From a virus, in the UHGV virus genome UHGV-0076394: DNA of 34,814 nucleotides. One strand, given 5' to 3'. This document shows, piece by piece, positions 9,124-18,523 of this stretch. A program made the translations under genes and the position numbers. The notes under the pieces were generated by a model. The model was not told where the DNA came from, ran no database searches, and saw nothing but the letters and a program-made list of their open reading frames with translations. How positions within the stretch are numbered: position 1 is the first letter of the stretch; every line of letters begins with the position of its first letter.

Positions 9124-10242
9124 ATGTATCTTTTCAAGTATTACCGTCCGGACTTCTTCTTCGAGAAAGCTATTCGTTATAATGAATTATATTTTTCCGC
9201 TCCTGCGCAATTGAATGATCCCAATGATCTCAATATAGATTATCGCTTCGATAATAAATTGAAATTATGGGATATTTTATTGCGTTCTCCTTGCGATAAA
9301 TCCTATAAAAATTTGAGTCACATATTGGATTTGAGTAATTTGAAAATACATAAGGGATTGAATCGTATTTTTAGAGGAAAAAAAATAAAAAGTAGCATTG
9401 AGTCATTAGATAGCCTGTTTGACTCACACGTTGATGAGATACGTAAGATCATAGATGATGGTTTACTACCTATCAATGTGATTAATTCTGCTATTTATGG
9501 AAATATTCCTGAACCACGCCAATATTTGGTTTCACTTTGCGAGAACAGTATCAAAGAAAGGTTGTATAGGAAAATAGTTCCTGCAGTATTCAGTGTGTCA
9601 TTTTCAGCTAATGCGTTAGATCGTATGATGTGGGCGCATTATGCTGCTGGCTTTAGTGGTTGTGTTGTGATTTATGAAACGCAGGATTTTAATATTGATG
9701 GTATACCCTATACTGGAATGAAGCTAAGAGAAAATTTATTTTCATCAGATAAATTTAATTTTCCAGTTAAGCCAATAAAATATAGTAATCAGGCTAAAGA
9801 GGTTTCACTTCTAGACCCAAGCGCAAATGTTGCAGAGTTATTTTTAACTAAAAATAGATTTTGGAGATATGAAGCTGAATATCGAATGTTTATTCCGGAG
9901 GCAAATGCAGGAATAGGGAGTGAGCGGCATGTTCAAAGACGCGTAAATCGAAATATTGGACATATTTTTCATCATGATGCTAATGTTGTTAAAGGGATCA
10001 TTTTTGGTCCTAGAATGTGTGAAATGAAAAAAGAAAGCATATGGAATTGTATCAAGTCAAATATGGAGAATTCAAATTCAACAATATGTTATTTTTTTGA
10101 CTCTGAGTTATCAGCATCAGGAAAGATTACTATTTCAAAAGGGCAACGAGCGGAAAAAATGAAAAATTTCACTTTGTTCAGGAACAAGTTAAGTCAGACG
10201 GAAATGGCTAAAGTTTTGAAGGAAATTGGCATTACGAACTAA
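9124..10242 (+). CDS. DUF2971-like protein (372 aa), AT-rich accessory gene
   Basis: N-terminus MYLFKYYR...NELYFSAPAQLNDPNDL and internal MWAHYA / FWRYEAEYR motifs as recalled for DUF2971; strongly AT-rich compared with flanking phage genes. Confidence 0.6.
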   Translation: MYLFKYYRPDFFFEKAIRYNELYFSAPAQLNDPNDLNIDYRFDNKLKLWDILLRSPCDKSYKNLSHILDLSNLKIHKGLNRIFRGKKIKSSIESLDSLFDSHVDEIRKIIDDGLLPINVINSAIYGNIPEPRQYLVSLCENSIKERLYRKIVPAVFSVSFSANALDRMMWAHYAAGFSGCVVIYETQDFNIDGIPYTGMKLRENLFSSDKFNFPVKPIKYSNQAKEVSLLDPSANVAELFLTKNRFWRYEAEYRMFIPEANAGIGSERHVQRRVNRNIGHIFHHDANVVKGIIFGPRMCEMKKESIWNCIKSNMENSNSTICYFFDSELSASGKITISKGQRAEKMKNFTLFRNKLSQTEMAKVLKEIGITN

Positions 10243-10308
10243 CCTAACAACAGTGCATGCCTATGCTGCCTGAATTTGCATGACCGTTTGAGGATCGTTT
10301 TTGCTAAG

Positions 10309-10332
10309 GCCCGCCAGAACTGGCGGGCTTTT
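10309..10332 (+). terminator. Rho-independent terminator GCCCGCCAG-aa-CTGGCGGGC-TTTT
   Basis: Perfect 9-bp GC-rich stem, 2-nt loop, followed by TTTT; 67 nt downstream of the DUF2971-like gene stop. Confidence 0.7.
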
Positions 10333-10377
10333 GCGTGGATCAGGCACCTGCATGAAAACCACTACACAAAGCGGGTA

Positions 10378-10396
10378 GGCGTGGCGGGGATACGAG
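10378..10396. other. Candidate cos (cohesive end) core GGCGTGGCGGGGATACGAG
   Basis: First 13 nt equal the start of the 19-nt cohesive end recalled for phage 186 (GGCGTGGCGGGGA...); lies in a GC-rich backbone-like segment between the two AT-rich cargo genes; not verified. Confidence 0.3.
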
Positions 10397-10472
10397 CGCG
10401 CGGAAGCAGTTTCACATATAATTCGATTGGTGTAATCTGAGCTACAACTTAAGAAAAGAGGATGAGTTAATC

Positions 10473-12212
10473 ATGGAATTGCACGCATATACTAGAACCA
10501 TATCAGAATTACTTTCTGTTAATAGAAAATATGTTGTTCCAAGATTTCAACGCGAATATTCTTGGGTAAAAGAACAAATTAATGAGCTTTGGTACGATGT
10601 AATATCTAATATAAAATTAGAGAGTGATTTCACATATTCTAATAATGAGTATTTTATTGGTTCTTTAGTTTTGGTTGGAGATGAAACAGGAAGGGAGATG
10701 CAAATAGTTGATGGTCAGCAACGACTTACAACTCTTACAATTTTTCTTTCCGTTTTATGCGAGGCGTTCAAATCAAACAATCAATCAGATTTAGCGTCTG
10801 CCCTATTTGAAAATTATATTGAAGGTCGTGATGATGATGGTAAGAAATTCTTTAAATTAATAAATGAAACGCCTAAACCTTTTTTTCAGAAAAATATCCA
10901 GCATATTAATAAGGCAGATGACATCCCACAGACACAAGAAGAGCGAAATCTCTTGTCAGCATATAAAGAAATTACATCGTTAGCCTCAAAGGAAAAGTTG
11001 GAAAAATATTTTTCAGTAGAAATTAATACTGAGGATAATTATTCCAGTGTATTAAAGGCAATTAGGGATCAGATTTTAAGATTCCTAAAGATAATTTTCA
11101 TTACTGTTAATGAAGAGGACGAGGCGTATACAATATTTGAAACATTAAATGCTAGAGGGATGAATTTAAGTTTTGTAGATTTAATCAAAAATAAATTATT
11201 TAAAGCGTTAAATGACCCACATCCAAATGATGATGCAAAAGATAATTGGAAGGCTATACGTACTACTTTAATGCAAAGAAATGGTGTAGGGACTTTTGAG
11301 AATTACATGAGGCACTGGTGGGTGTCGAAGTATGCTTATGTGAGCAATGAAAATCTTTATAAATCCTTTATTGGCAAATGGCGTAAGGGGGAAATTAATC
11401 CGGCAACCTTTATTGACGAATTGAAACAGGATGCCGAATTGTATGTACGCTTGTCATCTCCTTTGGAGAGTGATTATCCACAAATGGAAGACAAACAGTT
11501 ATTTCATTCGTTGAATGCAATTAGGCTATTTGGTATAACACAGTGTAGACCTTTTTTATTAGCCTTACTAAAGGCGAAGCAGCAAAAGAGATTACGTCAA
11601 TGTGATCTTTTAAAAGCAGTTAAATATATTGAAAATTTTCATTTTGTATTTAATGCGGTATGTTCATTAAGACCGTCAGGGATAGAAGGAGCATATTCTA
11701 AGGCCGCAAGATCTATAAATTCACCAAATGCTACAAAAGCAACTAATGGAACAACAATTGACCAGTTATGTATGTTGTTGAGTAATCGCAAGCCGGAAAT
11801 TTCTGTATTTACTGAACATTTTAGGGATATATTGTTTACTGATGACAACTCCAAACAAAAAAGATTAGTTCAATATATTATAAATAAATTTGAAATGGCC
11901 CGTCATAATGGAGATGAGTATCGTCCTAATTCTATCTCTTTAGAACATGTAATGCCTCAAAGTGCTGGCGACGATAAGGAAATAGGAATGGTTGGAAATA
12001 TAATCCCCCTGTCAAAAGAACTTAATGAGCAAGCTGGTGATAAATCATTGGCACAAAAGCTTTCTATCTATTCTCAATCGGAGTTTAGATTGACAGAAGA
12101 GTTTGTTAGTGAACTTGAAACCATTTACCATAATGAATGGAATCTCCAGTCTATTATTCAGAAGACGGATAGGATGGCTGGTGAGGCTTATATGATTATT
12201 TGGAGTCATTAA
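10473..12212 (+). CDS. DUF262/DUF1524 two-domain nuclease (GmrSD-like type IV restriction family)
   Basis: N-terminal DUF262 signatures VPRFQREYSW and DGQQRLTTL; C-terminal DUF1524-like His-Me segment SLEHVMPQS...GNIIPLSKELN; AT-rich. Confidence 0.75.
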   Translation: MELHAYTRTISELLSVNRKYVVPRFQREYSWVKEQINELWYDVISNIKLESDFTYSNNEYFIGSLVLVGDETGREMQIVDGQQRLTTLTIFLSVLCEAFKSNNQSDLASALFENYIEGRDDDGKKFFKLINETPKPFFQKNIQHINKADDIPQTQEERNLLSAYKEITSLASKEKLEKYFSVEINTEDNYSSVLKAIRDQILRFLKIIFITVNEEDEAYTIFETLNARGMNLSFVDLIKNKLFKALNDPHPNDDAKDNWKAIRTTLMQRNGVGTFENYMRHWWVSKYAYVSNENLYKSFIGKWRKGEINPATFIDELKQDAELYVRLSSPLESDYPQMEDKQLFHSLNAIRLFGITQCRPFLLALLKAKQQKRLRQCDLLKAVKYIENFHFVFNAVCSLRPSGIEGAYSKAARSINSPNATKATNGTTIDQLCMLLSNRKPEISVFTEHFRDILFTDDNSKQKRLVQYIINKFEMARHNGDEYRPNSISLEHVMPQSAGDDKEIGMVGNIIPLSKELNEQAGDKSLAQKLSIYSQSEFRLTEEFVSELETIYHNEWNLQSIIQKTDRMAGEAYMIIWSH

Positions 12213-12221
12213 TAGTTGAAA

Positions 12222-12248
12222 GCCCTATTATTATATCAATGATAGGGC
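12222..12248. terminator. Hairpin GCCCTAT-N13-ATAGGGC between convergent genes (possible bidirectional terminator)
   Basis: 7-bp inverted repeat in the 45-bp gap between the nuclease stop and the portal stop, flanked by A/T runs. Confidence 0.35.
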
Positions 12249-12257
12249 AATTTAATT

Positions 12258-13289
12258 CTACTCTAACACGTAATTACTAAATGAAATTATCGGTTTCTTA
12301 ATCCATTTGTTTAATTCGTGTATGCGTTTTTGTAAGGGAATTAACTCGTTTCTTACAAAAACCTTACTAGCCTTCTCCACATCCCCAAACCCCCCGACAT
12401 TACTAGGCATTATCCCCATCATTTGTGGCGGCACGCGGTGCGCAGCCATCATGTCATCACGGCTCACGTTTTTGATATTCAGAAACTCATCCTTCGCTGC
12501 GACTTCTGACAACGGGATGATCTGAAGCCCGTCCTTTTTGCCGTTAGGCGAGTACATAAACAGGTTGCGGAAGTTACCTGGGCCTTTGGCGCTTTTCATC
12601 GCATTACGGAGGTTGTTCACATCCTCCTGGTTCTGCGCGGCATCGGTCATGTACATGATGAAGCCAGCATGACTACCGTTAATGTAATACTTCCGGCGGA
12701 ACAGCGTGGCGGACTCGTTGAGCAAAGCGGATGGGATGGCAGAAAGATAGCCGGGCAGGCCGTAGATCTCCTGATTAATATCCGGTTCCATCAGATGAAA
12801 AATGCTGCCTTTTGTGAACTGATACGGCTGGGTTGTCATACCGTATTGCACAAACCAGTAGGTATCCAGGTCTAACCCGCGTCGGGTGTATTTCGCCAGG
12901 GCAGGTTCAAGGGCGATCACTTCACCGAAGCGGTTCGTGCGTTTCTCCAGGTAGGCGTTACCAAATACCAGATAGTCCTGCACAAAACGTGAAAACGCCT
13001 GCTGGCTGAGCAGCGGATGAGGGATGTAGGTGCTGGTCAGTATGTTGCACTTTACGGCAATCGGTGAGCTGTGGTGCACGGCGGCGCGAAAGGTTCGCGC
13101 CAGCCCGTCGAAACTCACTGGTGGCTCATACCAGCGGTCCATCTGTACGCATTCCACATAATCCAGCAGTTCTCGGCGGTCCAGAACAGGAACGGGATCG
13201 CCGAAGCTGAATGCTTCGGCTGAAGTCTGGTTTTTATGCTGGATCTGTTTCGTCGCCGCAGCGCGGTTTTTCTTACTCTTTCCCATCAA
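12258..13289 (-). CDS. Q: Portal protein (P2 gpQ family)
   Basis: 343 aa, leftward, immediately downstream of the large terminase with overlapping stop/start; conserved order and size for P2 Q. Confidence 0.85.
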   Translation of the reverse strand: MMGKSKKNRAAATKQIQHKNQTSAEAFSFGDPVPVLDRRELLDYVECVQMDRWYEPPVSFDGLARTFRAAVHHSSPIAVKCNILTSTYIPHPLLSQQAFSRFVQDYLVFGNAYLEKRTNRFGEVIALEPALAKYTRRGLDLDTYWFVQYGMTTQPYQFTKGSIFHLMEPDINQEIYGLPGYLSAIPSALLNESATLFRRKYYINGSHAGFIMYMTDAAQNQEDVNNLRNAMKSAKGPGNFRNLFMYSPNGKKDGLQIIPLSEVAAKDEFLNIKNVSRDDMMAAHRVPPQMMGIMPSNVGGFGDVEKASKVFVRNELIPLQKRIHELNKWIKKPIISFSNYVLE

Positions 13290-15052
13290 AAAATCTCCAC
13301 AATATTGCTGGTATTGGCGGACTCGCCCTGCAGCGGTTCGTTAAACAGTGCGTGCATTGTTGCCCAGGCCAGATCGGCATGGCTGGCTTCTTCGCTGCGG
13401 CTGGCTTCATAGGTCGGGCGGTTGCCGCTGGCGGTGGTGGCGCGGCGGATTGCCATAAATGACTGCGCTATGTCGGTGTGTCCGGCGTCAAACTCCAGAC
13501 GGCGGTGGCTGATAATGTCATAGGCCTTGAGTACCAGGGCGTTTTTAACATTGGGGTTGTAGACAAACTCCCGGACGGCAGGAAAGAACGCTTTCACGTT
13601 CTCATAAACTCCGTGACCGACACCTGTCGAGTCGATGCCGATATAAGTCACGTTGTACTGTTCGGTCAGTTTTTTGATGGCGTCAGCCTGGGCGCGAAAG
13701 TCCATCCCGCGCCACTGGTGACGCTCAAGAATGCGAAACTTGCCGCCCGGCACGGCTGGCGGTGCCACCACCACGCATCCGGCGCTGTCGCCGTTCTGCG
13801 TACCTTTGGCCGGGTCATAACCGATCCACACTTCGCGCCAGCCAAACGGGCGCAGTGCCAGTGCATGAAAGTCGGTCCAGACTTCCCAGCTGTCCACCAT
13901 GCACGCCTGCAGCTCGCTGAGCGGGAACACGGACGCGAGATCGTCCACGAACTCGCACATCAGCAGGTTTTGGTATTCGTCCGGGCTGTACTCCATGCGT
14001 AGCTGGTCGAGGTCGAACAGGTTACAGCCGCCGCGCACCGCATCTTCCACGGTGACTATCTGGCGGTATTGCCCGTCAGCGCACAGCAGGCCGGGGGCCA
14101 GATTGTTGTGGGACAGGTCGATGTCCACCTTATCGGCTTTGTTGCGTCCACGGTTGAACAGCGCACCGGACCAGAACGGATAAGCACTGTGGGTCAGGCT
14201 GGATGGCGTGGAAAAATAGGTTTGTCGCCATTTTTTGTGAATAGCCATACCGGAAGCCACTTTGCGCAGCTCCTGGAATTTCGGTATCCAGAAATATTCA
14301 TCCAGATACAGGTTGCCGTGGTAACTCTGGGCCGTGCGGGCATTGGTGCCGAGGAAGTAAAGCGTGGCCCCGTTAGGAAGCACCATCGGATCGCCTTTCA
14401 GCTCCACCTCCACTTCTTTGGCGAAGTCGATGATGTACTGCTTAAAGACGTGGGCCTGTGCCTTACTGGCGGAAAGGAAAATCTGGTTACGCCCGGTAAG
14501 CAGGGCGTCAATCAGGGCTTCACGGGCAAAGTAAAAGGTCGCGCCGATCTGGCGTGACTTCAGCAGGTTGCGGATGCGGTTGGTTTTTCCGGCTTCCCAC
14601 CAGTGGCGCTGGTAGTTGAACATGGAGGAATGGAAGATTTCTTCCAGCTTCTCAATCTGCTCATCGGTGAAAACATTCTTTTCCGGCTGACGGCGTGGGC
14701 CTTTGTTGCGGTTGGCGACGTTAGGGTTTAAGTCGGCTTCGTTGCCGCCATTGTTAAACTTGCCGATCCGCGCGTGGCGCTCCGACTGGCGCGCCAGCAG
14801 GTCAATCTCTTTGAAATCTTTCCCTTCTTTGTGCTCCTTCATGATGAGCTGGCAGTAGCGTGCGGTGGTGGTGAGCTGCATCTGATCCAGCGGCCCATAG
14901 TCACCCCACTTGTCGCGTTTTTTCCAGCTGTGAACGGTTGCAACTTTCTCGCCCAGCATTTCAGCTATGCGGGCTACGCGGTATCCCTGAAAGTACAGCA
15001 GCATGGCCTGCCGACGGGGATCGAGATCTGCGGGTGTCAGTGTGGTGTTCAT
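13286..15052 (-). CDS. P: Terminase large (ATPase) subunit (P2 gpP family)
   Basis: 588 aa; Walker A-like SRQIGATFY; divergent from the O N M L operon as in P2. Confidence 0.85.
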   Translation of the reverse strand: MNTTLTPADLDPRRQAMLLYFQGYRVARIAEMLGEKVATVHSWKKRDKWGDYGPLDQMQLTTTARYCQLIMKEHKEGKDFKEIDLLARQSERHARIGKFNNGGNEADLNPNVANRNKGPRRQPEKNVFTDEQIEKLEEIFHSSMFNYQRHWWEAGKTNRIRNLLKSRQIGATFYFAREALIDALLTGRNQIFLSASKAQAHVFKQYIIDFAKEVEVELKGDPMVLPNGATLYFLGTNARTAQSYHGNLYLDEYFWIPKFQELRKVASGMAIHKKWRQTYFSTPSSLTHSAYPFWSGALFNRGRNKADKVDIDLSHNNLAPGLLCADGQYRQIVTVEDAVRGGCNLFDLDQLRMEYSPDEYQNLLMCEFVDDLASVFPLSELQACMVDSWEVWTDFHALALRPFGWREVWIGYDPAKGTQNGDSAGCVVVAPPAVPGGKFRILERHQWRGMDFRAQADAIKKLTEQYNVTYIGIDSTGVGHGVYENVKAFFPAVREFVYNPNVKNALVLKAYDIISHRRLEFDAGHTDIAQSFMAIRRATTASGNRPTYEASRSEEASHADLAWATMHALFNEPLQGESANTSNIVEIF

Positions 15053-15097
15053 GGCACAAACCTACAGCCTTGAATGAAGGCTTTCCCCGCCTGCGGT

Positions 15098-15115
15098 TTG
15101 TGTGGTTGTCGGTAC
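15098..15115. promoter_or_regulatory. TGT-N12-ACA late-promoter activator element in the divergent P/O control region
   Basis: TGTgtggttgtcggtACA in the 142-bp region between divergent P and O; P2/186/P4 late promoters carry a TGT-N12-ACA dyad centred near -55 for Ogr/B/Delta activators. Confidence 0.45.
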
Positions 15116-15194
15116 AAATACCGCGCATTGTTTCCCTGCCCCCATCACCGCAACCATAAGGCTCCAGTAAGTTTTTTCTAACGGAGCACGGCTC

Positions 15195-16028
15195 ATGACA
15201 GTGAAAGCAAAGCGTTTTCGCATCGGGGTGGAAGGTGCCACCACCGACGGACGCGAAATCCAGCGTGAATGGCTGGAACAGATGGCAGCCAGCTACAACC
15301 CGGCGGTGTACACCGCGCTGATTAACCTTGAGCACATCAAGTCTTATCTGCCGGACAGCACCTTTAACCGCTACGGCAAGGTGACGGCGCTGTTTGCTGA
15401 AGAAATCACGGAAGGTCCGCTGGCGGGCAAGATGGCACTGTATGCCGACGTTGAGCCAACGGAGTCCCTGGTGGAACTGGTGAAAAAAGGCCAGAAATTA
15501 TTCACCTCTATGGAAGTCAGCACGAAGTTTGCTGATACGGGCAAAGCCTACCTGGTCGGCCTGGCTGCTACAGATGACCCTGCCAGTCTGGGCACTGAAA
15601 TGCTGACATTCAGCGCCAGTGCAGCCCATAACCCGCTGGCAAACCGCAAGCAGAATCCTGCCAATCTCTTTACCGCTGCAGAGGAAACGGTGATCGAACT
15701 GGAAGAAATCCAGGAGGACAAACCGTCCCTGTTTGCCCGTGTCACGGCGCTGTTTACCAAAAAAGAGCAGTCCGATGACGCCCGGTTCTCTGATGTGCAT
15801 AAGGCCGTGGAGCTGGTCGCTACTGAGCAGCAAAACCTGAGCGCACGCACCGAAAAATCCCTGTCTGAGCAGGAAGAACGTCTGTCTGAGCTGGAGACTG
15901 CCCTGCAGGCACAGCAGACCGCCTTTAACGAACTGGTGAATAAGCTGAGTCATGAAGACAGCCGCCAGGACTACCGCCAGCGTGCAACAGGTGGTAACGC
16001 CCCCGCTGACACTCTGACCAATTGCTGA
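15195..16028 (+). CDS. O: Capsid scaffolding protein (P2 gpO family)
   Basis: 277 aa; FRIGVEGATTDGREI...INLEH...YLVGLAATDDPASLGTE and C-terminal ATGG...LTNC match recalled gpO features. Confidence 0.85.
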   Translation: MTVKAKRFRIGVEGATTDGREIQREWLEQMAASYNPAVYTALINLEHIKSYLPDSTFNRYGKVTALFAEEITEGPLAGKMALYADVEPTESLVELVKKGQKLFTSMEVSTKFADTGKAYLVGLAATDDPASLGTEMLTFSASAAHNPLANRKQNPANLFTAAEETVIELEEIQEDKPSLFARVTALFTKKEQSDDARFSDVHKAVELVATEQQNLSARTEKSLSEQEERLSELETALQAQQTAFNELVNKLSHEDSRQDYRQRATGGNAPADTLTNC

Positions 16029-16044
16029 TGGAGCACAAAACCCG

Positions 16045-17103
16045 ATGAAGAAGAATACCCGCTTTGCTTTTAACGCTTACCTGCAGCAGCTGGCGCGTCT
16101 GAACGGTGTGGCAGTTGAAGAACTGTCCAGCAAGTTCACCGTAGAGCCGTCTGTACAGCAGACGCTGGAAGACCAGATTCAGCAATCCGCCGCTTTCCTG
16201 ACGCTGATTAACGTCACGCCAGTGACTGAGCAGTCTGGTCAGCTGCTGGGGCTGGGTGTTGGCAGCACCATTGCCGGAACCACTGACACCACCGCGAAAG
16301 AGCGTGAACCTGTCGATCCGACGCTGATGGTCGATGTGGAATACAAATGCGAGCAGACCAACTTTGACACGGTGCTGACCTACGCGAAGCTGGACCTGTG
16401 GGCGAAGTTTCAGGATTTTCAGGTGCGTATCCGTGACGCCATCGTGAAACGTCAGGCACTGGACCGCATCATGATCGGCTTTAACGGCGTGAAGCGTGCG
16501 AAAACCTCCAACCGTAGCGAAAACCCGCTGCTGCAGGATGTAAATAAAGGCTGGCTGCAGAAAATCCGTGAGGATGCACCGGATCACGTCATGGGCAGCA
16601 CCACCACGGGCGGTGAAACCACACCGGGCGCAGTGAAAGTCGGCAAAGGTGGCGAATATGCCAACCTGGACGCCGTGGTGATGGATGCCGTCAATGAGCT
16701 TATCGACGTGGTTTACCAGGACGATGACGATCTGGTGGTGATTTGCGGTCGTGAACTGTTGTCTGACAAGTATTTCCCGCTGGTCAACAAAGAGCAGGAG
16801 AACAGTGAAAAACTGGCTGCAGATATGATCATCAGCCAGAAACGCATGGGTGGCCTGCAGGCCGTGCGTGCGCCGTTCTTCCCGCCGAATGCGCTGCTGA
16901 TCACCCGTCTGGATAACCTGTCCATCTACTGGCAGGAAGACACTCGCCGCCGTTCAGTTATCGACAACCCGAAACGTGACCGGATTGAAAACTTTGAATC
17001 CGTTAACGAAGCCTATGTGGTTGAGGACTACCGCTGCGCCGCACTGGTGGAAAACATCCAGATTGGCGACTTCAGCGCCGCCGCAGCAGAAACCGGAGCG
17101 TAA
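16045..17103 (+). CDS. N: Major capsid protein (P2 gpN family)
   Basis: 352 aa; TRFAFNAYL...KFTVEPSVQQTL...GFNGVKRA...VGKGGEYANLDA colinear with gpN. Confidence 0.9.
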   Translation: MKKNTRFAFNAYLQQLARLNGVAVEELSSKFTVEPSVQQTLEDQIQQSAAFLTLINVTPVTEQSGQLLGLGVGSTIAGTTDTTAKEREPVDPTLMVDVEYKCEQTNFDTVLTYAKLDLWAKFQDFQVRIRDAIVKRQALDRIMIGFNGVKRAKTSNRSENPLLQDVNKGWLQKIREDAPDHVMGSTTTGGETTPGAVKVGKGGEYANLDAVVMDAVNELIDVVYQDDDDLVVICGRELLSDKYFPLVNKEQENSEKLAADMIISQKRMGGLQAVRAPFFPPNALLITRLDNLSIYWQEDTRRRSVIDNPKRDRIENFESVNEAYVVEDYRCAALVENIQIGDFSAAAAETGA

Positions 17104-17106
17104 TCC

Positions 17107-17757
17107 ATGAGCCTGAGTCCCGCACGGCAGCATCGCCTGCGCGTTCAGGCTGAACAGGCCGCCCGCGAGGGCGGCAGTGTTCGCCACGCGTCGGGCTATG
17201 ACCTGATGCTGCTGCAACTGGCGGAAGACCGCCGCCGTCTCAAGGGCGTTCAGTCCACGGTCAAAAAAGCGGAAATCAAGGTGGAGCTGCTGCCGAAATA
17301 CGTCGCCTGGGCAGAGGGTGTCCTGGCTGCCGGAGGCGCTCAACAGGATGACGTGCTGATGTACGTGATGCTGTGGCGCATTGATGCCGGAGATTATGCC
17401 GGGGCGCTGGAGATCGGGCGTCATGCCCTGCGTCATGGCTGGGTGATGCCGCTGGGTAATCGCAATGTGCAGACCGTGCTGGCAGAGGAAATGGCAGACG
17501 CGGCGCAGAGCGCAATGCTTGCCGCCACCGGCTTTGATGCCGATCTGTTGCTGCAGACGCTGGAGCTGACAGACGGTCTGGATATGCCGGACCAGTCACG
17601 GGCGCGTCTGCATAAAGCGATTGGCGCTGTCCTGAGTGAAAGCAACCCGGCTTCCGCCCTTAATCATCTCAACCATGCGTTACAGCTCGATCCCCGCTGT
17701 GGCGTGAAAAAAGACAAACAGCAGCTGGAGCGCAGACTGCGCAATGACAGCCGCTGA
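17107..17757 (+). CDS. M: Terminase small subunit (P2 gpM family)
   Basis: 216 aa; position after N; ...AQDDVLMYVMLWRIDAGDYAGALEIGRHAL... resembles gpM. Confidence 0.8.
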   Translation: MSLSPARQHRLRVQAEQAAREGGSVRHASGYDLMLLQLAEDRRRLKGVQSTVKKAEIKVELLPKYVAWAEGVLAAGGAQQDDVLMYVMLWRIDAGDYAGALEIGRHALRHGWVMPLGNRNVQTVLAEEMADAAQSAMLAATGFDADLLLQTLELTDGLDMPDQSRARLHKAIGAVLSESNPASALNHLNHALQLDPRCGVKKDKQQLERRLRNDSR

Positions 17758-17852
17758 CAGAACGTGCCCCCGCGCACGGGCGGCACGGGGTGGCGAAAGG
17801 CACTGCCACATCAAAACCCCGTCCACCGCCCTCTATTTCAGGAGAAAGCAGC

Positions 17853-18317
17853 ATGAAGTTTGTTGCGCCAGAACAGGCACCGGAACAGGCGGAAATCATC
17901 AGAAACACGCCGTTCTGGCCTGATGTGGACCTGTCGGAGTTTCGCAGTGTCATGCGCACTGACGGCACGGTGACGCAGCCGCGTTTAAAGCAGGTTGCGC
18001 TGTCGGCAATTTCGGAGGTCAACGCAGAGCTGTATGAGTTTCGCAGACGCCAGCAGATGCTGGGATATTCCTCGCTGGCAGAGGTTCCGGCGGAGCAGCT
18101 GGACGGCAAAAGTGAGCGCATTCAGCACTATTTCAACGCGGTTTACTGCTGGGCACGCGCCATGCTCAACGAACGATACCAGGACTATGACGCCACGGCA
18201 TCCGGTGTGAAGCGGGGCGAGGAACTGGCGGAAGCAAGCGGTGATTTGTGGCGTGACGCCCGCTGGGCCATCAGCCGGGTGCAGGATGCGCCGCACTGCA
18301 CAGTGGAGCTTATCTGA
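17853..18317 (+). CDS. L: Head completion/stabilisation protein (P2 gpL family)
   Basis: ATG at 17853 with AGGAGAAAG Shine-Dalgarno; C-terminal LWRDARWAISRVQ...CTVELI resembles the gpL C-terminus. Confidence 0.8.
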   Translation: MKFVAPEQAPEQAEIIRNTPFWPDVDLSEFRSVMRTDGTVTQPRLKQVALSAISEVNAELYEFRRRQQMLGYSSLAEVPAEQLDGKSERIQHYFNAVYCWARAMLNERYQDYDATASGVKRGEELAEASGDLWRDARWAISRVQDAPHCTVELI

Positions 18318-18520
18318 TGAAAGTGCGTGCGCATCAGTATGACACGGTGGACGCGCTTTGCTGGCGTCATTACGGGCGCACGCAGGGTGTCACGGAGCAG
18401 GTACTGAAGGCAAATCCGGGGCTTGCCGAATACGGCCCCTTTTTACCTCACGGGCTGCAGGTGGAGCTGCCGGACATTCCGACCACCACCACCGTGCAGA
18501 CCGTCCAGCTATGGGACTGA
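18317..18520 (+). CDS. X: Tail protein X (P2 gpX family)
   Basis: 67 aa; ATGA overlap with L; conserved position. Confidence 0.75.
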   Translation: MKVRAHQYDTVDALCWRHYGRTQGVTEQVLKANPGLAEYGPFLPHGLQVELPDIPTTTTVQTVQLWD

Positions 18521-18523
18521 ATT

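Noticed and set aside
13478-14557. Plus-strand ORFs (174 aa and 162 aa) inside the large terminase gene
   Set aside because: Antisense to a well-supported terminase gene; no start context; composition-driven open frames
15925-16587. 220-aa minus-strand ORF overlapping the end of O and the start of N
   Set aside because: Antisense to the scaffold and major capsid genes, whose sense-strand translations match P2 proteins
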